64,000 nucleotides of DNA from NCBI GenBank assembly GCA_965226885.1, contig CBDDEL010000013.1:448001-512000 (forward strand), written 5' to 3'. This DNA comes from Opitutales bacterium. Lineage in GTDB: Bacteria; Verrucomicrobiota; Verrucomicrobiia; Opitutales; UBA2987. The notes under the pieces are model-generated. The model searched no databases and was not told the origin of the DNA. It saw only the letters and a program-made list of their open reading frames with translations. The first letter of the stretch is position 1. Each line of letters starts with the position of its first letter. Both the position numbers and the translations under genes were made by a program. Shown one piece after another: positions 42,482-53,180 of the stretch.

Positions 42482-45218
42482 TCAGGCTCGAAAAGACGGG
42501 CGTTTCAGGTGAAAATCTGTTTCCTTCTGGAATGCCGTGGCAATATCAATAATCCCCTGTTCGTCCCAGGCCGAGCCTACCAAATGCAGGGCCAGCGGCA
42601 TACCCTCCTTATCAAAGCCGCAAGGAATGGATATTCCCGGCAAACCGGCAAGGTTTGACAACCGCATCAGATGTTCCTTCCCCTGGCCGGGAAGCGAATC
42701 CGGACTATTCTTTTTTGCCTTGATAAGCCCGGCACCCTTAATGCGCGTTGGAGCGATCAAAGCCCTGTAGCGCGTTAACAGTTCATCCGATTCCTGCGTT
42801 ATCATCTGTCGGATACGTTGCGCTTTTATGTAGTCGGATGCCGGCAGCATACTATCGGCAAGGAAGTGTGCGCGACGGCTGGCGGTAAACATTCTGGCAA
42901 TACGCTTATCATCATAGAGCGCCTTGAAAAAGGTTCCCGCTTCGGCGTAGTCGGTAGTTTTATAAACTTCGCGGTAGGGTCTATCGGGCAGGACGATCTC
43001 CTCCAGCTCGAATCCGAGGTTTTGAAAAATTTTCAAAGCATTCTCAAAAATCTTTTGGTTGGGGGCGGGGGCACGTTCGAATTCCGCTCCGACCAGCGCG
43101 ATTTTTTCACCGGTATTTTCAAGAGGCGTTTTTCGAAATTGAAAATTTCTTCCACCCGATAACTTGCTTCGTGAATCCTGTCCGGCAATGGCTTCGAGGA
43201 TAAGACCGCAATCAAATGCCGTCCGCGCCATGGGTCCCACTTTATCCAGGCTCCAGGACAAAGACATGCAACCAAAGCGGCTCACTCGGCTGTAGGTGGG
43301 GCGAAGCCCCGTAATCCCGCAAGAAGCCGATGGATAAATAATCGAGCCTCCTGTTTCCGTCCCAAGTGAAAAACCAATTAAGGCGGCAGCTGTAGCGGCA
43401 CCCGAACCGGTGGAAGAACCCATCGTTGTTCGATCCAGTTTCCAGGGATTGTGCGGGTATTCAAGAAGGTGGGAACGGGTCGAGCCACCGGCAAATTCGG
43501 ACATAGCTAACTTGGCAGCCAGAATGCCACCCGGCGCATCTAGTTTTTCCACCACCGTTGCATCCCGGTCCGGCACTCGATCAGCAAAAATACTTGAACC
43601 CCATGTTGTTCTGATATGTTTGGTATCGAAAAGATCTTTCACGCCATAGGGAATTCCATGCAGAGGACTGCGAGGACCCGTTCGGCGAATCTCTTCCTCC
43701 GCCTCTCGCGCTTTACTCAGCGCCAGCTCTGGCAGTGAGGTGATGATGGCGTTTAACTTCGGCTCGTAAGCCTCAATCCGTGCCAGATAGGCCTTCGTCA
43801 ACTCCACAGGAGAGAGTTTGCCACTTTCTATTTCGCGTGAAAGTTCGGCAACCGACTTGTAGCAAAGGTCATCGTAGTGAAGTGGACGGGGTTGTTTGGA
43901 CAATTTTGACGTGGGATTAAGGTGGAAATCGTGTTCATATTATTTTTTAAAAATATATTTTGTCCTTAGCCAAAGACGGGCACGCAGGTGCCCGCAAGCT
44001 GTATTGGCGGGGAGGTTGGTTTTGCTCCGATTGCATGGACTTCGGCCGGGGTCCGGTAGCCCAGGGCTTGGTGGGGGCGCAGGTGGTTGTAGAAGTCCAG
44101 GTAGCGGGCTATCCCTTCGCTGGCTTCCTTTGCCGTGGCGTATTCGCGCAGGTAAATGTCTTCATACTTGAGGGTTCTCCAAAAGCGTTCAACAAATATG
44201 TTGTCCAGGTAGCGGCCACGCCCGTCCATGCTGATGCGCACCCCGGCTTGCCCCAGCACCGAGGTGAACTCGCTGCCGGTAAACTGGCTGCCTTGATCGG
44301 TGTTGAAGATTTGAGGTTGGGCCCGCCTCAGAGCTTCCTCCAGGGCGAGCACACAGAAGCGGCTCTCCAGGGTGTTGGAAAGCTGCCAGCTCAACACGTA
44401 GCGGCTGAACCAGTCCAACACCACGGTCAAGAAAAGGAATCCTCGGCTCAGCCGCAGGTAAGTGATGTCGCTGCACCATACCTGGTCGGGCCGCTCGACC
44501 GCCAAACCCCGCAGCAGATAAGGGAAAATGCGGTGCTGCCGGTGCCCCTGGCTCAAGTTTCGACGCGGATAAATAGCCTCCAGGCCCATTTGGCGCATGA
44601 GCCGCTGGATGCGGCCTCGTCCCACTGCATGGCCCTCTCGACGCAGCCACTGGGTCATCCGGCGAGAACCAAAAAACGGATATTGGGTGTAGAGCTCATC
44701 CATGCGATGCATGTAGAGAACGTTCTGCTCGCACTGGGCACGGGCCCGATAGTAATAGCTGCCGCGGGCCAGCCCCAGCAACTGACATTGCCTGCCGATA
44801 CTGATTTTTCCTTGAAGTGGTTGCACCATCTTGCGCCTCTCACCAACCGAATTGTTCAGACTTTTTTTTTAGCCAATCGCATTCTACTTTCAGCTTTCCA
44901 ATCTCCTGGTAAAGGTGATCTTTTTCCGTCTCGTTGTCCTTGCTGAGAGTCTGCCGCTGGCGCGAAAACAGCTCCGTTGCTCCCTGCAAAAGCTGCTTCT
45001 TCCATTGGGTCACCTGGTTGGGATGCACCTCAAAACGACCGGCGATCTCGTTGATGGTATGAGCGCCCCTGATGGCTTCCAGGGCCACTCGGGCTTTAAA
45101 CTCAGCACTGTATTGTCTTCTCTTTCGTGATTTAATAACATTCATAGGTTAGCGGATTTAGTGGTTCAAGACCACCTTATTCCACTGTCCAGTTTTCCCC
45201 GTCCATTTCATAGATCAT
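42482..45218 (-). pseudogene. Amidase-signature family protein (GatA/AtzE-like), separated from its start codon by IS3 element 2 (body 42482..43877)
   Basis: GVKDLF, GSSTGS, GTETGGSI Lys-cisSer-Ser motifs; IS removal gives ATG ATC TAC GAT GAC (MIYDDLCYKS) from ATG45218. Confidence 0.88.
43878..45210 (-). mobile_element. IS3-family element 2 (orfA 44840..45145, orfB 43966..44829)
   Basis: IRs tgaagtggacgggg / ccccgtccatttca; 3-bp TSD tag; WCSDITY, FNTDQGSQF, DNIFVERFW DDE motifs. Confidence 0.96.
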
Positions 45219-45220
45219 AT

Positions 45221-45502
45221 TTAACGCTGAAACCCAAGAAGTGGCTCCACATCGTCGGGAACGGGAAAATCACGCAAAATCTTGTGCTCCTTGAGCTTGA
45301 AGGCGAGAGCGGTCCGCAGTTCTTCAAACAGCTCTGAATCTTCATAAATCCCACGTTCACCCTGGGCGTCAAGCAAAGCCATTACCCTCTCCCTGGATAT
45401 CTCGCCCTTCTCTTCTACTTCAGCTGCCGCCGCCTCCCAGAGGTTTGGAGAAATGGCCGCTGCCCCGAGCGCCAAACCAAATTTGCGTCGTGAATATTTC
45501 AT
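45221..45502 (-). CDS. Small protein with twin-arginine-like leader, possible amidase partner (GatC/AtzG-like)
   Basis: MKYSRRKFGLALGAAA leader; C-terminal LRDFPVPDDVEPLLGF; stop 2 bp before the restored amidase ATG. Confidence 0.6.
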   Translation of the reverse strand: MKYSRRKFGLALGAAAISPNLWEAAAAEVEEKGEISRERVMALLDAQGERGIYEDSELFEELRTALAFKLKEHKILRDFPVPDDVEPLLGFQR

Positions 45503-45757
45503 TCAAGATTACCCATCTGAATATTTACAGTCGCTGAATATAGAGGTGTTCCTGTAATTTGGGTGAACTGTGTTCCTTTCAAGAAGTATTTTCAATCTTT
45601 TCCTTCGTTAATTACCGAACAACGACCAAACCCTTTACGAGGGTAGTAATTATCGGCTTTTAGAGCTTTTCAATGAATCCAGCCGGAAATATGTTTGGAT
45701 AAATCAACATTGATATTCTTATCGTGAGGAATGATAACTCCAACCTATTAAGCAGTC

Positions 45758-48571
45758 ATGAAATTGAAATATATCGTAGCTTTATTTGGAATTGTAGTGA
45801 CCACTGTATTGACCGCTGAAATTTGGCGAGAAAGCACTTTTGAGGATTTTCGCGACGGAACCTTTGGAGACGGCGGTGCTAATACTTATGTCTCCGCCGG
45901 AGGCCGGATTCAAAACATCAACCGGTGGGATGCCAATGACGACGGTTATGTCGATCTGTTGTATGCAAATTCCCATCCTTATGCCGTTCAGGTCGATCTC
46001 TCGATTTATTGGGGAAACGGTAAGGACTACAGTATACAAAACCATTCCTATGTGCCGGGGTGGGGTCCTGAAACGGTAACACCCGCCGATTTCGATAAGG
46101 ATGGCGCGGGCGATCTGGTTCTGGCCAATCGGCAAAACGGAACGTCGGATGATATGGAAAGCTTTGTCTATTACGGTGGTCTGGACAGTCCCGATTTCTC
46201 TAAAAAGCCAAATCAATGGGCGTTCTATCCTTTCAGAAAAAAAACCGTTTTACCCATCGAGGGTTCCAATAATAGCGCTGTGGGAGATATTAATGGAGAC
46301 GGAAATCTCGATATTGTTTTCGCCAAAAATGGAGTGGCCCGGCTTTTTTGGGGAAAGGGTGGGGGCGAGTTCAATACCAATGATCCTACCGATCTCCCTG
46401 TGTCCGACACCACCGATGTCGCAGTTGCCGATCTCAACGAAGACAACTGGCCGGATATTATCTTTAGCGGAATGAAAGACCTATCGGTAGTGCTATGGGG
46501 AGGTCCGGAGGGCATATCATCTGACCGCCAACTTGAGCTGCCAACTAGCGAGGCCCACTCTGTGGAGGTCGCAGATGTCGATAACGACGGCCGGCCCGAC
46601 CTTATTTTCGCCAATAGAAAAGGCGAGTTTTCCTGGATTTATCTCAACCGCGCCGGTTCCTACGGTCAAGACCAACTGTTGGAATTCGAGACGCACTCGG
46701 CCAGGGACAGCGTTGTGGCCGATTTCAACAACGACGGGCTGGCCGATGTATTTTTCACCACCCACGATGTCAAAGGATTCCGCCTGGCGGATTCCTACCT
46801 ATATTTTGGTACGGTGGATGGCTTTTCCAACGAGAGCCGTTTCGGTTTCAAGACCATGGGCGGTTGGGGGGCGTCCGCCGCTGACCTCAATGAGGACGGT
46901 TGGATCGACCTGTTAGTGAGCAACTTTGAAGAGCATAACACCTTTGAACTGCCTACGTTTATTTACTGGAATTCACAAGACGGGTTTGATATTTCCCGGC
47001 GAACCCCCCTCTATGAGCACGGAGCCAAGGGCAATACGGTGGCCGATTTCAATGGAGACGGTCATCTCGATGTGTTGATCGTTTCTACCATGACAGGGAG
47101 TCGAAATGAGTATCACCAGAACTATCTCTACTACGGAAACGCGGAGGGGCTTTATAATATTGAGAACCGCCTGGAACTGACCGGGCACATGTCTCAGTGG
47201 GGAGGCATGTCGGACATGGACGACGACGGGCAGGTAGACATCGTTTTTTCCAACTATAACGAGGATAACCTGACAAAATGGGGTTACCAGGATCTCTACA
47301 TCTATTGGAATGAGGGTAACAGTTTTGACTTCTATCGGCGCACTGGTTTGCCTATCTATAAGGTGCATGGTGGTCTGGTCATCGCGGATCTGGATCGCGA
47401 CGGCTACCTCGACATCCTCTCCGGCCAGGAGAACGCCTATCCAGAACCGGACAAGGTAGAATCCGGCTCCCTTATCTACTGGGGGGGGCCGCAGGGTTGG
47501 GTAGTCTCCGATCGTTCAATTCTTCCGGTGCTTGATTGTCGGCAGCCTGCCATAGCCGATTTGAATGGCGACGGTCATCTGGACCTTATTTTTGGCAACT
47601 ACGGCTCTGAAATGGACCAGACCGGATCGATATTTTTCAACGACGGAACCCGCAACACAGACAATTGGCGCCGCCAGTGGGTTGAGGGCACTGAAAAAAC
47701 GGGCCAGCTTCAGGTTGCCGATCTCAATAAGGACGGTTTTCTTGATATTGTTTTCACACGGGGCCGGAAAACCGAGGATTTCTTTTTTATCTATTATGGC
47801 GATGAGGAAGCTGCCTACAGCATTGACCGAAGGGTGAAAATGGAAGGCGTGTGGGCCAAAACGATGAATGTCGCCGATGTAAATGCGGATGGCTGGCTCG
47901 ACCTTCTTTGCGCCAATTACTGGCATCCCAGCGAACCCTACGGTCGCGACGGTTACTCCGATACCCTGCTGGGCGGGCCAGACGGATTTCGCCTTGATCG
48001 CAAGATTTCACTGCCCACCAAAGGGGGCGATGGAGCGTTGGTCACCGATTTCAATTTCGACGGCTATAACGATATCATGTGGTTCTGCCATCGGGGCGAT
48101 GGAGACGTTAATGCGATAGGCCAATACGGCGATCACATAACCGAGTCATTCCTTTACTGGGGAAGTCCAACTGGTTATAGCGAAGAGAATCGACTGAGTC
48201 TTCCCGGACGCGGCGTTCATTTTCGCAAAACGAGCGATGAACTCGGGCACATATTCAACCGCGGCTTTCTTTTCGATTATATTTCCTCCCCCTATCGCAG
48301 CCATGCAAAACAACCCATATGGATCAATTGGCTGGCTGAAGAACCGCACCGCAGCTCTGTCCGTTTCCAGGTGCGGGTGGCGTCAACACTGGAAGGACTG
48401 GAAGATGCAGCCTGGGCAGGCCCCGCTGGTGGAGGGACAGCCTTTACCGCGCGGAATAGTTCACTCAAACACCTGCCAATAACCGAGTGGATTCAATACC
48501 GGGCCATCCTCGATACCTATAATGGCATCCACTCTCCCATTCTCACAACTGTGGAAATCGCCTTTGAGTAA
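45758..48571 (+). CDS. Secreted FG-GAP/VCBS-repeat beta-propeller protein
   Basis: Signal peptide; many ADxNxDGxxDI Ca-binding repeats with YWG motifs. Confidence 0.9.
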   Translation: MKLKYIVALFGIVVTTVLTAEIWRESTFEDFRDGTFGDGGANTYVSAGGRIQNINRWDANDDGYVDLLYANSHPYAVQVDLSIYWGNGKDYSIQNHSYVPGWGPETVTPADFDKDGAGDLVLANRQNGTSDDMESFVYYGGLDSPDFSKKPNQWAFYPFRKKTVLPIEGSNNSAVGDINGDGNLDIVFAKNGVARLFWGKGGGEFNTNDPTDLPVSDTTDVAVADLNEDNWPDIIFSGMKDLSVVLWGGPEGISSDRQLELPTSEAHSVEVADVDNDGRPDLIFANRKGEFSWIYLNRAGSYGQDQLLEFETHSARDSVVADFNNDGLADVFFTTHDVKGFRLADSYLYFGTVDGFSNESRFGFKTMGGWGASAADLNEDGWIDLLVSNFEEHNTFELPTFIYWNSQDGFDISRRTPLYEHGAKGNTVADFNGDGHLDVLIVSTMTGSRNEYHQNYLYYGNAEGLYNIENRLELTGHMSQWGGMSDMDDDGQVDIVFSNYNEDNLTKWGYQDLYIYWNEGNSFDFYRRTGLPIYKVHGGLVIADLDRDGYLDILSGQENAYPEPDKVESGSLIYWGGPQGWVVSDRSILPVLDCRQPAIADLNGDGHLDLIFGNYGSEMDQTGSIFFNDGTRNTDNWRRQWVEGTEKTGQLQVADLNKDGFLDIVFTRGRKTEDFFFIYYGDEEAAYSIDRRVKMEGVWAKTMNVADVNADGWLDLLCANYWHPSEPYGRDGYSDTLLGGPDGFRLDRKISLPTKGGDGALVTDFNFDGYNDIMWFCHRGDGDVNAIGQYGDHITESFLYWGSPTGYSEENRLSLPGRGVHFRKTSDELGHIFNRGFLFDYISSPYRSHAKQPIWINWLAEEPHRSSVRFQVRVASTLEGLEDAAWAGPAGGGTAFTARNSSLKHLPITEWIQYRAILDTYNGIHSPILTTVEIAFE

Positions 48572-48602
48572 ATTTTCAGATTATTTATTAACCAATCGAT
48601 TG

Positions 48603-51104
48603 ATGAGTAACCCGTTTTCTGAATTGAATTTCAGGTCTATTATGCTTTGCCTATTAATGTTGCAGGCTTTGGCGCTTGCAGCGATTTCGGGATCGGCAGA
48701 CGACGAGCCCGAGGTATTCAAGCCGGGTCTGGTAGGCCTCAATTACAACGGCGATCAGTTTTCTCGCCCGGACGGAATCGGCTATTTGCTCGGGGTCGAT
48801 CACGATTGGGGATCGGCTGGAGGCAATGACTGGTCTGCTTCCTGGTATGGATTCATCGAAGGTCCCATCTCTGGCGAAGTTATTTTTACTGTAGAAGCCA
48901 ACGACGGTATACGACTGACGATCGGCAATACTTTAGTTATAGACGGTTTGGAATTAAATGGTTCCCGTAGGGGTTCCGTTCGGATGAAAAAAGGGGCGAT
49001 ATTCCCAATGATATTAGATTTCACCACCAATCGCGGCTTGGCAAAACTGAAGCTTTCCTGGCATTGGAGTGGAAGTTCTCCCGGCATCGTTCCGCCGGCG
49101 GTTTTGAGCCACACCTTGAACCTGCTTCCGGATGAGGTGAGGACTGAGTTCGACCTGATTCCCAAAATTCGTTTCCAACCCGCAAACGATCCCTTTTCTA
49201 TAAAAGAGCAACCAAAACAGGCGCAACTGGACCTGGCGGATGCAATAATTGTGATAGCCGGTAAAGGAAAAATCCTAAGCAACGCGGCGGACATGCTCCG
49301 CGATGAAATTTTCAAGAGAACAAGAATTGACCTGAAGATCGCTTCTGAAGTCCCTATAGATGGCAAGCCCGCGATTCTCCTTGGAACAGCGGAAGTTCTA
49401 TCTAAGCATGGGATTTCAGTTCCAAAAGGTCTGAAATTACCGAACAAGATCGATGGCTATGCGCTGTGGACATCCGTTGAGGAAGGCGGCCAGAAATTTG
49501 TTTACTTAGCGGGACATGATGAAAGGGGCGTACTTTATGCCGCCGGGCGGCTTCTGCGGACACTTTTCATGGCTCGTGACAGAGTCAGTCTGCCCCAGGG
49601 AACAACGGAGGCATCTGCTCCGCTAATCGCGTTACGCGGACACCAGATCGGGTATCGTCCAAAAACTAATTCTTATGATGGTTGGACCCTGGGAATGTGG
49701 GAGCAATATTACCGCGATATGATTATTTTTGGGACCAACGCGGTTGAACTTATTCCGCCACGAAGCGATGATGATTTGGACAGCCCACATTTCCCGCGGC
49801 AGCAATTAGCCATGATGGAGGGCATGTCGCAGTTGGCCAAGGATTATGGGTTGGACGTATGGATCTGGTTTCCGGCTATAGACGAAGATTATACGAACGA
49901 AGAAACGGTAAAAGCAGCTTTGGACGAATGGGGGGAGGTGTTTCGAAAACTGCCCAAAGTCGATGCCGTTTTTGTGCCGGGTGGAGATCCCGGCAACACT
50001 CATCCGGCCGTCTTGCTTCATTTCATGGAAAGGCAGAAGCGCAATTTGAACCAATATCATCCAAAGGCCCAAATGTGGGTTTCCCCTCAAGGTTTTGACC
50101 GACCCGGAAAAAACCGCGATGGATGGATGGGCATTTTTTTGGATATTTTGAAAAGTGACGAACCGGAATGGCTGGACGGTGTTGTGTTCGGGCCTCAGGT
50201 AGAAATGAGCCTTTCGGAGTTGCGGGAGGCGGTTCCGGCTAAATATCCTATCAGGCGTTACCCGGATATCACCCACAGCGGGGGTGGTCAGTACGAAGTA
50301 CCCGATTGGGATTCGGCCTTCGACGACACGCTTGGGCGTGAGCCGATTAACCCGCGGCCCTATGCCTATGCCAGGATTTTTCGCGAAATAATGCCTTATG
50401 CAATCGGAGCCATCACTTACAGCGAAGGCTGCAATGACGACGTCAACAAAGTTATCTGGAGTTCGCTCGGTTGGGACCCCAATCGCGACGTGGAAACGAT
50501 ATTGAGGGAGTATAGCCGCTATTTCATCGGCAGACGCTTTGAGGATGCATTTACCGAAGGGCTGGTTGGACTTGAGGAAAACTGGGCGGGTCCCCTGGCG
50601 CAAAACGATGTCGTCTATGAAACATTGAAACGCTTCCAGGAAATGGAAAAGTGGGCCACGCCCCGGGAAAAGCTCAACTGGCGATTCCAGCAAGGCCTCT
50701 ATCGCGCCTATTATGACGCCTACATAAAAGCTCGTCTCCATTACGAAACAGAGTTGGAGAAAGAGGCGATCGAAGTTCTCGGAAAAGCGCCTGAACTCGG
50801 ATCCCTCAACGCAATGGACCGGGCCGAGGCCATTTATGAGAGAGCCGTTACTGAGAGGGTGCGCCCGGAGTGGCGAGCGCGTGCTTTTGAATTGGCCGAG
50901 GCTCTTTTTCAAAGTATTCGCATGCAATTAAGCGTTTGGAAATACCAAGCCATCCGGCTCAACCGGGGCGCGAATCTGGATAGCATTGATGAGGCGCTTA
51001 ATGAAAGGAAGCGGATCGTGCGCAGATTTGTTCTATTGCGAAAACTAGGGTCTGAAGAGGAGCGACTCGGCGGCATAGCCAAAATTGTTGAATCATTGAA
51101 ATAG
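48603..51104 (+). CDS. Secreted protein: PA14 domain, GH20/GH67-N-like domain and putative TIM-barrel
   Basis: GLVGLNY...WYGFIEGP...ANDGIRLTI PA14 pattern; DGYAL...LAGHDERGVLYAAGRLLR; LRGHQIGYRPKTNSYDGW; start uncertain. Confidence 0.7.
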   Translation: MSNPFSELNFRSIMLCLLMLQALALAAISGSADDEPEVFKPGLVGLNYNGDQFSRPDGIGYLLGVDHDWGSAGGNDWSASWYGFIEGPISGEVIFTVEANDGIRLTIGNTLVIDGLELNGSRRGSVRMKKGAIFPMILDFTTNRGLAKLKLSWHWSGSSPGIVPPAVLSHTLNLLPDEVRTEFDLIPKIRFQPANDPFSIKEQPKQAQLDLADAIIVIAGKGKILSNAADMLRDEIFKRTRIDLKIASEVPIDGKPAILLGTAEVLSKHGISVPKGLKLPNKIDGYALWTSVEEGGQKFVYLAGHDERGVLYAAGRLLRTLFMARDRVSLPQGTTEASAPLIALRGHQIGYRPKTNSYDGWTLGMWEQYYRDMIIFGTNAVELIPPRSDDDLDSPHFPRQQLAMMEGMSQLAKDYGLDVWIWFPAIDEDYTNEETVKAALDEWGEVFRKLPKVDAVFVPGGDPGNTHPAVLLHFMERQKRNLNQYHPKAQMWVSPQGFDRPGKNRDGWMGIFLDILKSDEPEWLDGVVFGPQVEMSLSELREAVPAKYPIRRYPDITHSGGGQYEVPDWDSAFDDTLGREPINPRPYAYARIFREIMPYAIGAITYSEGCNDDVNKVIWSSLGWDPNRDVETILREYSRYFIGRRFEDAFTEGLVGLEENWAGPLAQNDVVYETLKRFQEMEKWATPREKLNWRFQQGLYRAYYDAYIKARLHYETELEKEAIEVLGKAPELGSLNAMDRAEAIYERAVTERVRPEWRARAFELAEALFQSIRMQLSVWKYQAIRLNRGANLDSIDEALNERKRIVRRFVLLRKLGSEEERLGGIAKIVESLK

Positions 51105-51204
51105 CCAGGCCTTCCCCACGGATTTGGATCAAATCAAACCGTAATAGGCCGACAGGGGAGAAGATTGACAAATCACAATGTAAGCAGAAAATTGGATCGA
51201 AATA

Positions 51205-52056
51205 TTGGAATGTAGCGATTTCATCGAACTTGAATGTTCATATGGGAAAACTCGATTGAAATATTATCGGCTACAATCTACAAACAAATTGATCGCGGAC
51301 TTAAGAGGTATTCCAATTAAACGATTTTTGCTCCAAAAAAGAGCAACGTTAGGGAGAATATATTTCTCTTTACTGCCGTATATCCACTGGTTAAGGGCTA
51401 GCCATTTGATTCGCCGTATACGAATCAGAAACTATTTAAAAAATCGCTATGAACCGCGTGGTCTTCAGGTGGGAGGAGGCCGCCACAATATCAAACGCTG
51501 GCTAAATGGAGATATAATTGGTGGAAATATATACCTGGATGCGCGACGCCCATTGCCTATTGCGGATGGATCATTCGATTACGTTTTTACCGAACAATTT
51601 TTTGAACACCTGTCACTAAATGACGGCGTATCCTTTTTGCATGAAGCTTACCGCATTTTGAAACCAGGAGGTGTTTTGCGGCAGAGCACTCCTTCCCTCG
51701 CTCCTTTAATCGATATATACCTGGATCGGCATCCGGGAGTGTCCCGCAATCAAGTTTACGATCGACACGTTCGCAATCACCATCCGAATCGCCCGTGCCT
51801 ATCTGCTGCCGATTTTTTTAACGATATGATGCGTTTGTGGGGACATCAATTCATTTATGATGAGGAAACACTTGAATTACTCTATCGCCAAATTGGTTTC
51901 ATAAATTTAAGTTGGAGAAAGTTCGGGGAATCCGATTATAAAAATCTTTGCAATTTGGAGTGGCACGCTGATGTTGAATGGATGAAATCTGCTTTTGTCA
52001 TCATCCTTGAAGCAGAAAAGCCAACTGTTTCAGACAGAGAAAATGAAAATAAATGA
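51205..52056 (+). CDS. Methyltransferase-domain protein (glycan-locus type)
   Basis: LQVGGG...WLNGD...DARRPLP...FDYVFTEQFFEHL...RILKPGG; start uncertain. Confidence 0.8.
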   Translation: MECSDFIELECSYGKTRLKYYRLQSTNKLIADLRGIPIKRFLLQKRATLGRIYFSLLPYIHWLRASHLIRRIRIRNYLKNRYEPRGLQVGGGRHNIKRWLNGDIIGGNIYLDARRPLPIADGSFDYVFTEQFFEHLSLNDGVSFLHEAYRILKPGGVLRQSTPSLAPLIDIYLDRHPGVSRNQVYDRHVRNHHPNRPCLSAADFFNDMMRLWGHQFIYDEETLELLYRQIGFINLSWRKFGESDYKNLCNLEWHADVEWMKSAFVIILEAEKPTVSDRENENK

Positions 52057-53024
52057 AGCCACTTGTCTCCGTTGTTCTTACTACTTACAATCGCTCAAAT
52101 TTGTTAATGCGAGCCATTGAGAGCGTATTAAACCAGACCTATGAAAATTTTGAATGTATCGTAATCAATGATGCTTCGACCGATGACACCGTGCAAGTCC
52201 TCCGGCAAATATCAGACAAGCGCGTACGGTATTTTTCTCATAAGACAAACCTGCATTTATCGGCGTGCCGCAATACAGGCATAGAGAACGCCACCGGAGA
52301 ATTGATTGCCTTCCTTGATGACGATGATACCTGGCTTCCGAAGAAACTGGATAAGCAGGTTGCACTTATGCAAGGCATGGATCCTGAATTAGGCTTAGTC
52401 TATTGCTGGACGGATGTTTTTCTAAAAGACCGAAAAATCAGGGAAAACCATCCCATTCTCCGTGGACGCATATTTCCCCAAACGCTAGCAGGTCAACCGA
52501 TAGGAAATGGTTCTACTTTACTGATTCCGGCCACGGTTGTGAAAAATTTGGGCGGATTCGACGAATCGCTTCGCAGAGGAATAGATGGGGATTTCATTCG
52601 ACGTGTATGCCATCAATACAAAGTGGATTTCGTGCCTGAGGTACTAGTTTATTATTACGTTGGGCATCCCGATCGAATAACCACCGAAAGCCTATCCGGC
52701 ATACGAGCCGCGAGAAGAGGCGAAGAGGCGAAACTTGTGAAGTTCAAGAAGGAATTAAATGGTCTTCCTCATATTCACGCGGTTATTCTCAAAGAAATTT
52801 CCAGACACTGCCTCCGGTTGGATGATTTCGCGACTGTCGATAGGCACCTGCTACAAGTGGCGAAACTTGAACAAACGAGATTTCTCTGGGCTATTAAAGG
52901 ATTCCTTCTCCTTCCAACACCCGTGCGAATTGGGTTTTATCGGCTTTTCCTTTTGCTTTTAACCATAAGGTCGTGGGCCAGAAAGGTTTCTATTTTCAAT
53001 GTGGGCAAAAAATATTCCCCCTGA
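52053..53024 (+). CDS. Glycosyltransferase family 2
   Basis: VSVVLTTYNR, INDASTD, ACRNTG, AFLDDDD motifs; ATGA overlap with upstream gene. Confidence 0.93.
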   Translation: MKPLVSVVLTTYNRSNLLMRAIESVLNQTYENFECIVINDASTDDTVQVLRQISDKRVRYFSHKTNLHLSACRNTGIENATGELIAFLDDDDTWLPKKLDKQVALMQGMDPELGLVYCWTDVFLKDRKIRENHPILRGRIFPQTLAGQPIGNGSTLLIPATVVKNLGGFDESLRRGIDGDFIRRVCHQYKVDFVPEVLVYYYVGHPDRITTESLSGIRAARRGEEAKLVKFKKELNGLPHIHAVILKEISRHCLRLDDFATVDRHLLQVAKLEQTRFLWAIKGFLLLPTPVRIGFYRLFLLLLTIRSWARKVSIFNVGKKYSP

Positions 53025-53106
53025 TGTCTTGCTATTCAAACCCCCCGTGGGACCAACAGGCGGGATAAATACCACCCGCTCAATAGAAGGTAGACCTGAA
53101 ACCCCT

Positions 53107-53180
53107 GGTAGTGTATAAAAAAAGAATGTTATTTTGTATTTTTAGCTGTACAAATAGCGTTAGGCAGTTTATTCTCTTAG
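53107..53180 (+). mobile_element. IS1-A left-end fragment cut by IS1380
   Basis: ggtagtgtataaaaaaag...ttattctcttag matches the first about 72 bp of IS1-A. Confidence 0.93.
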
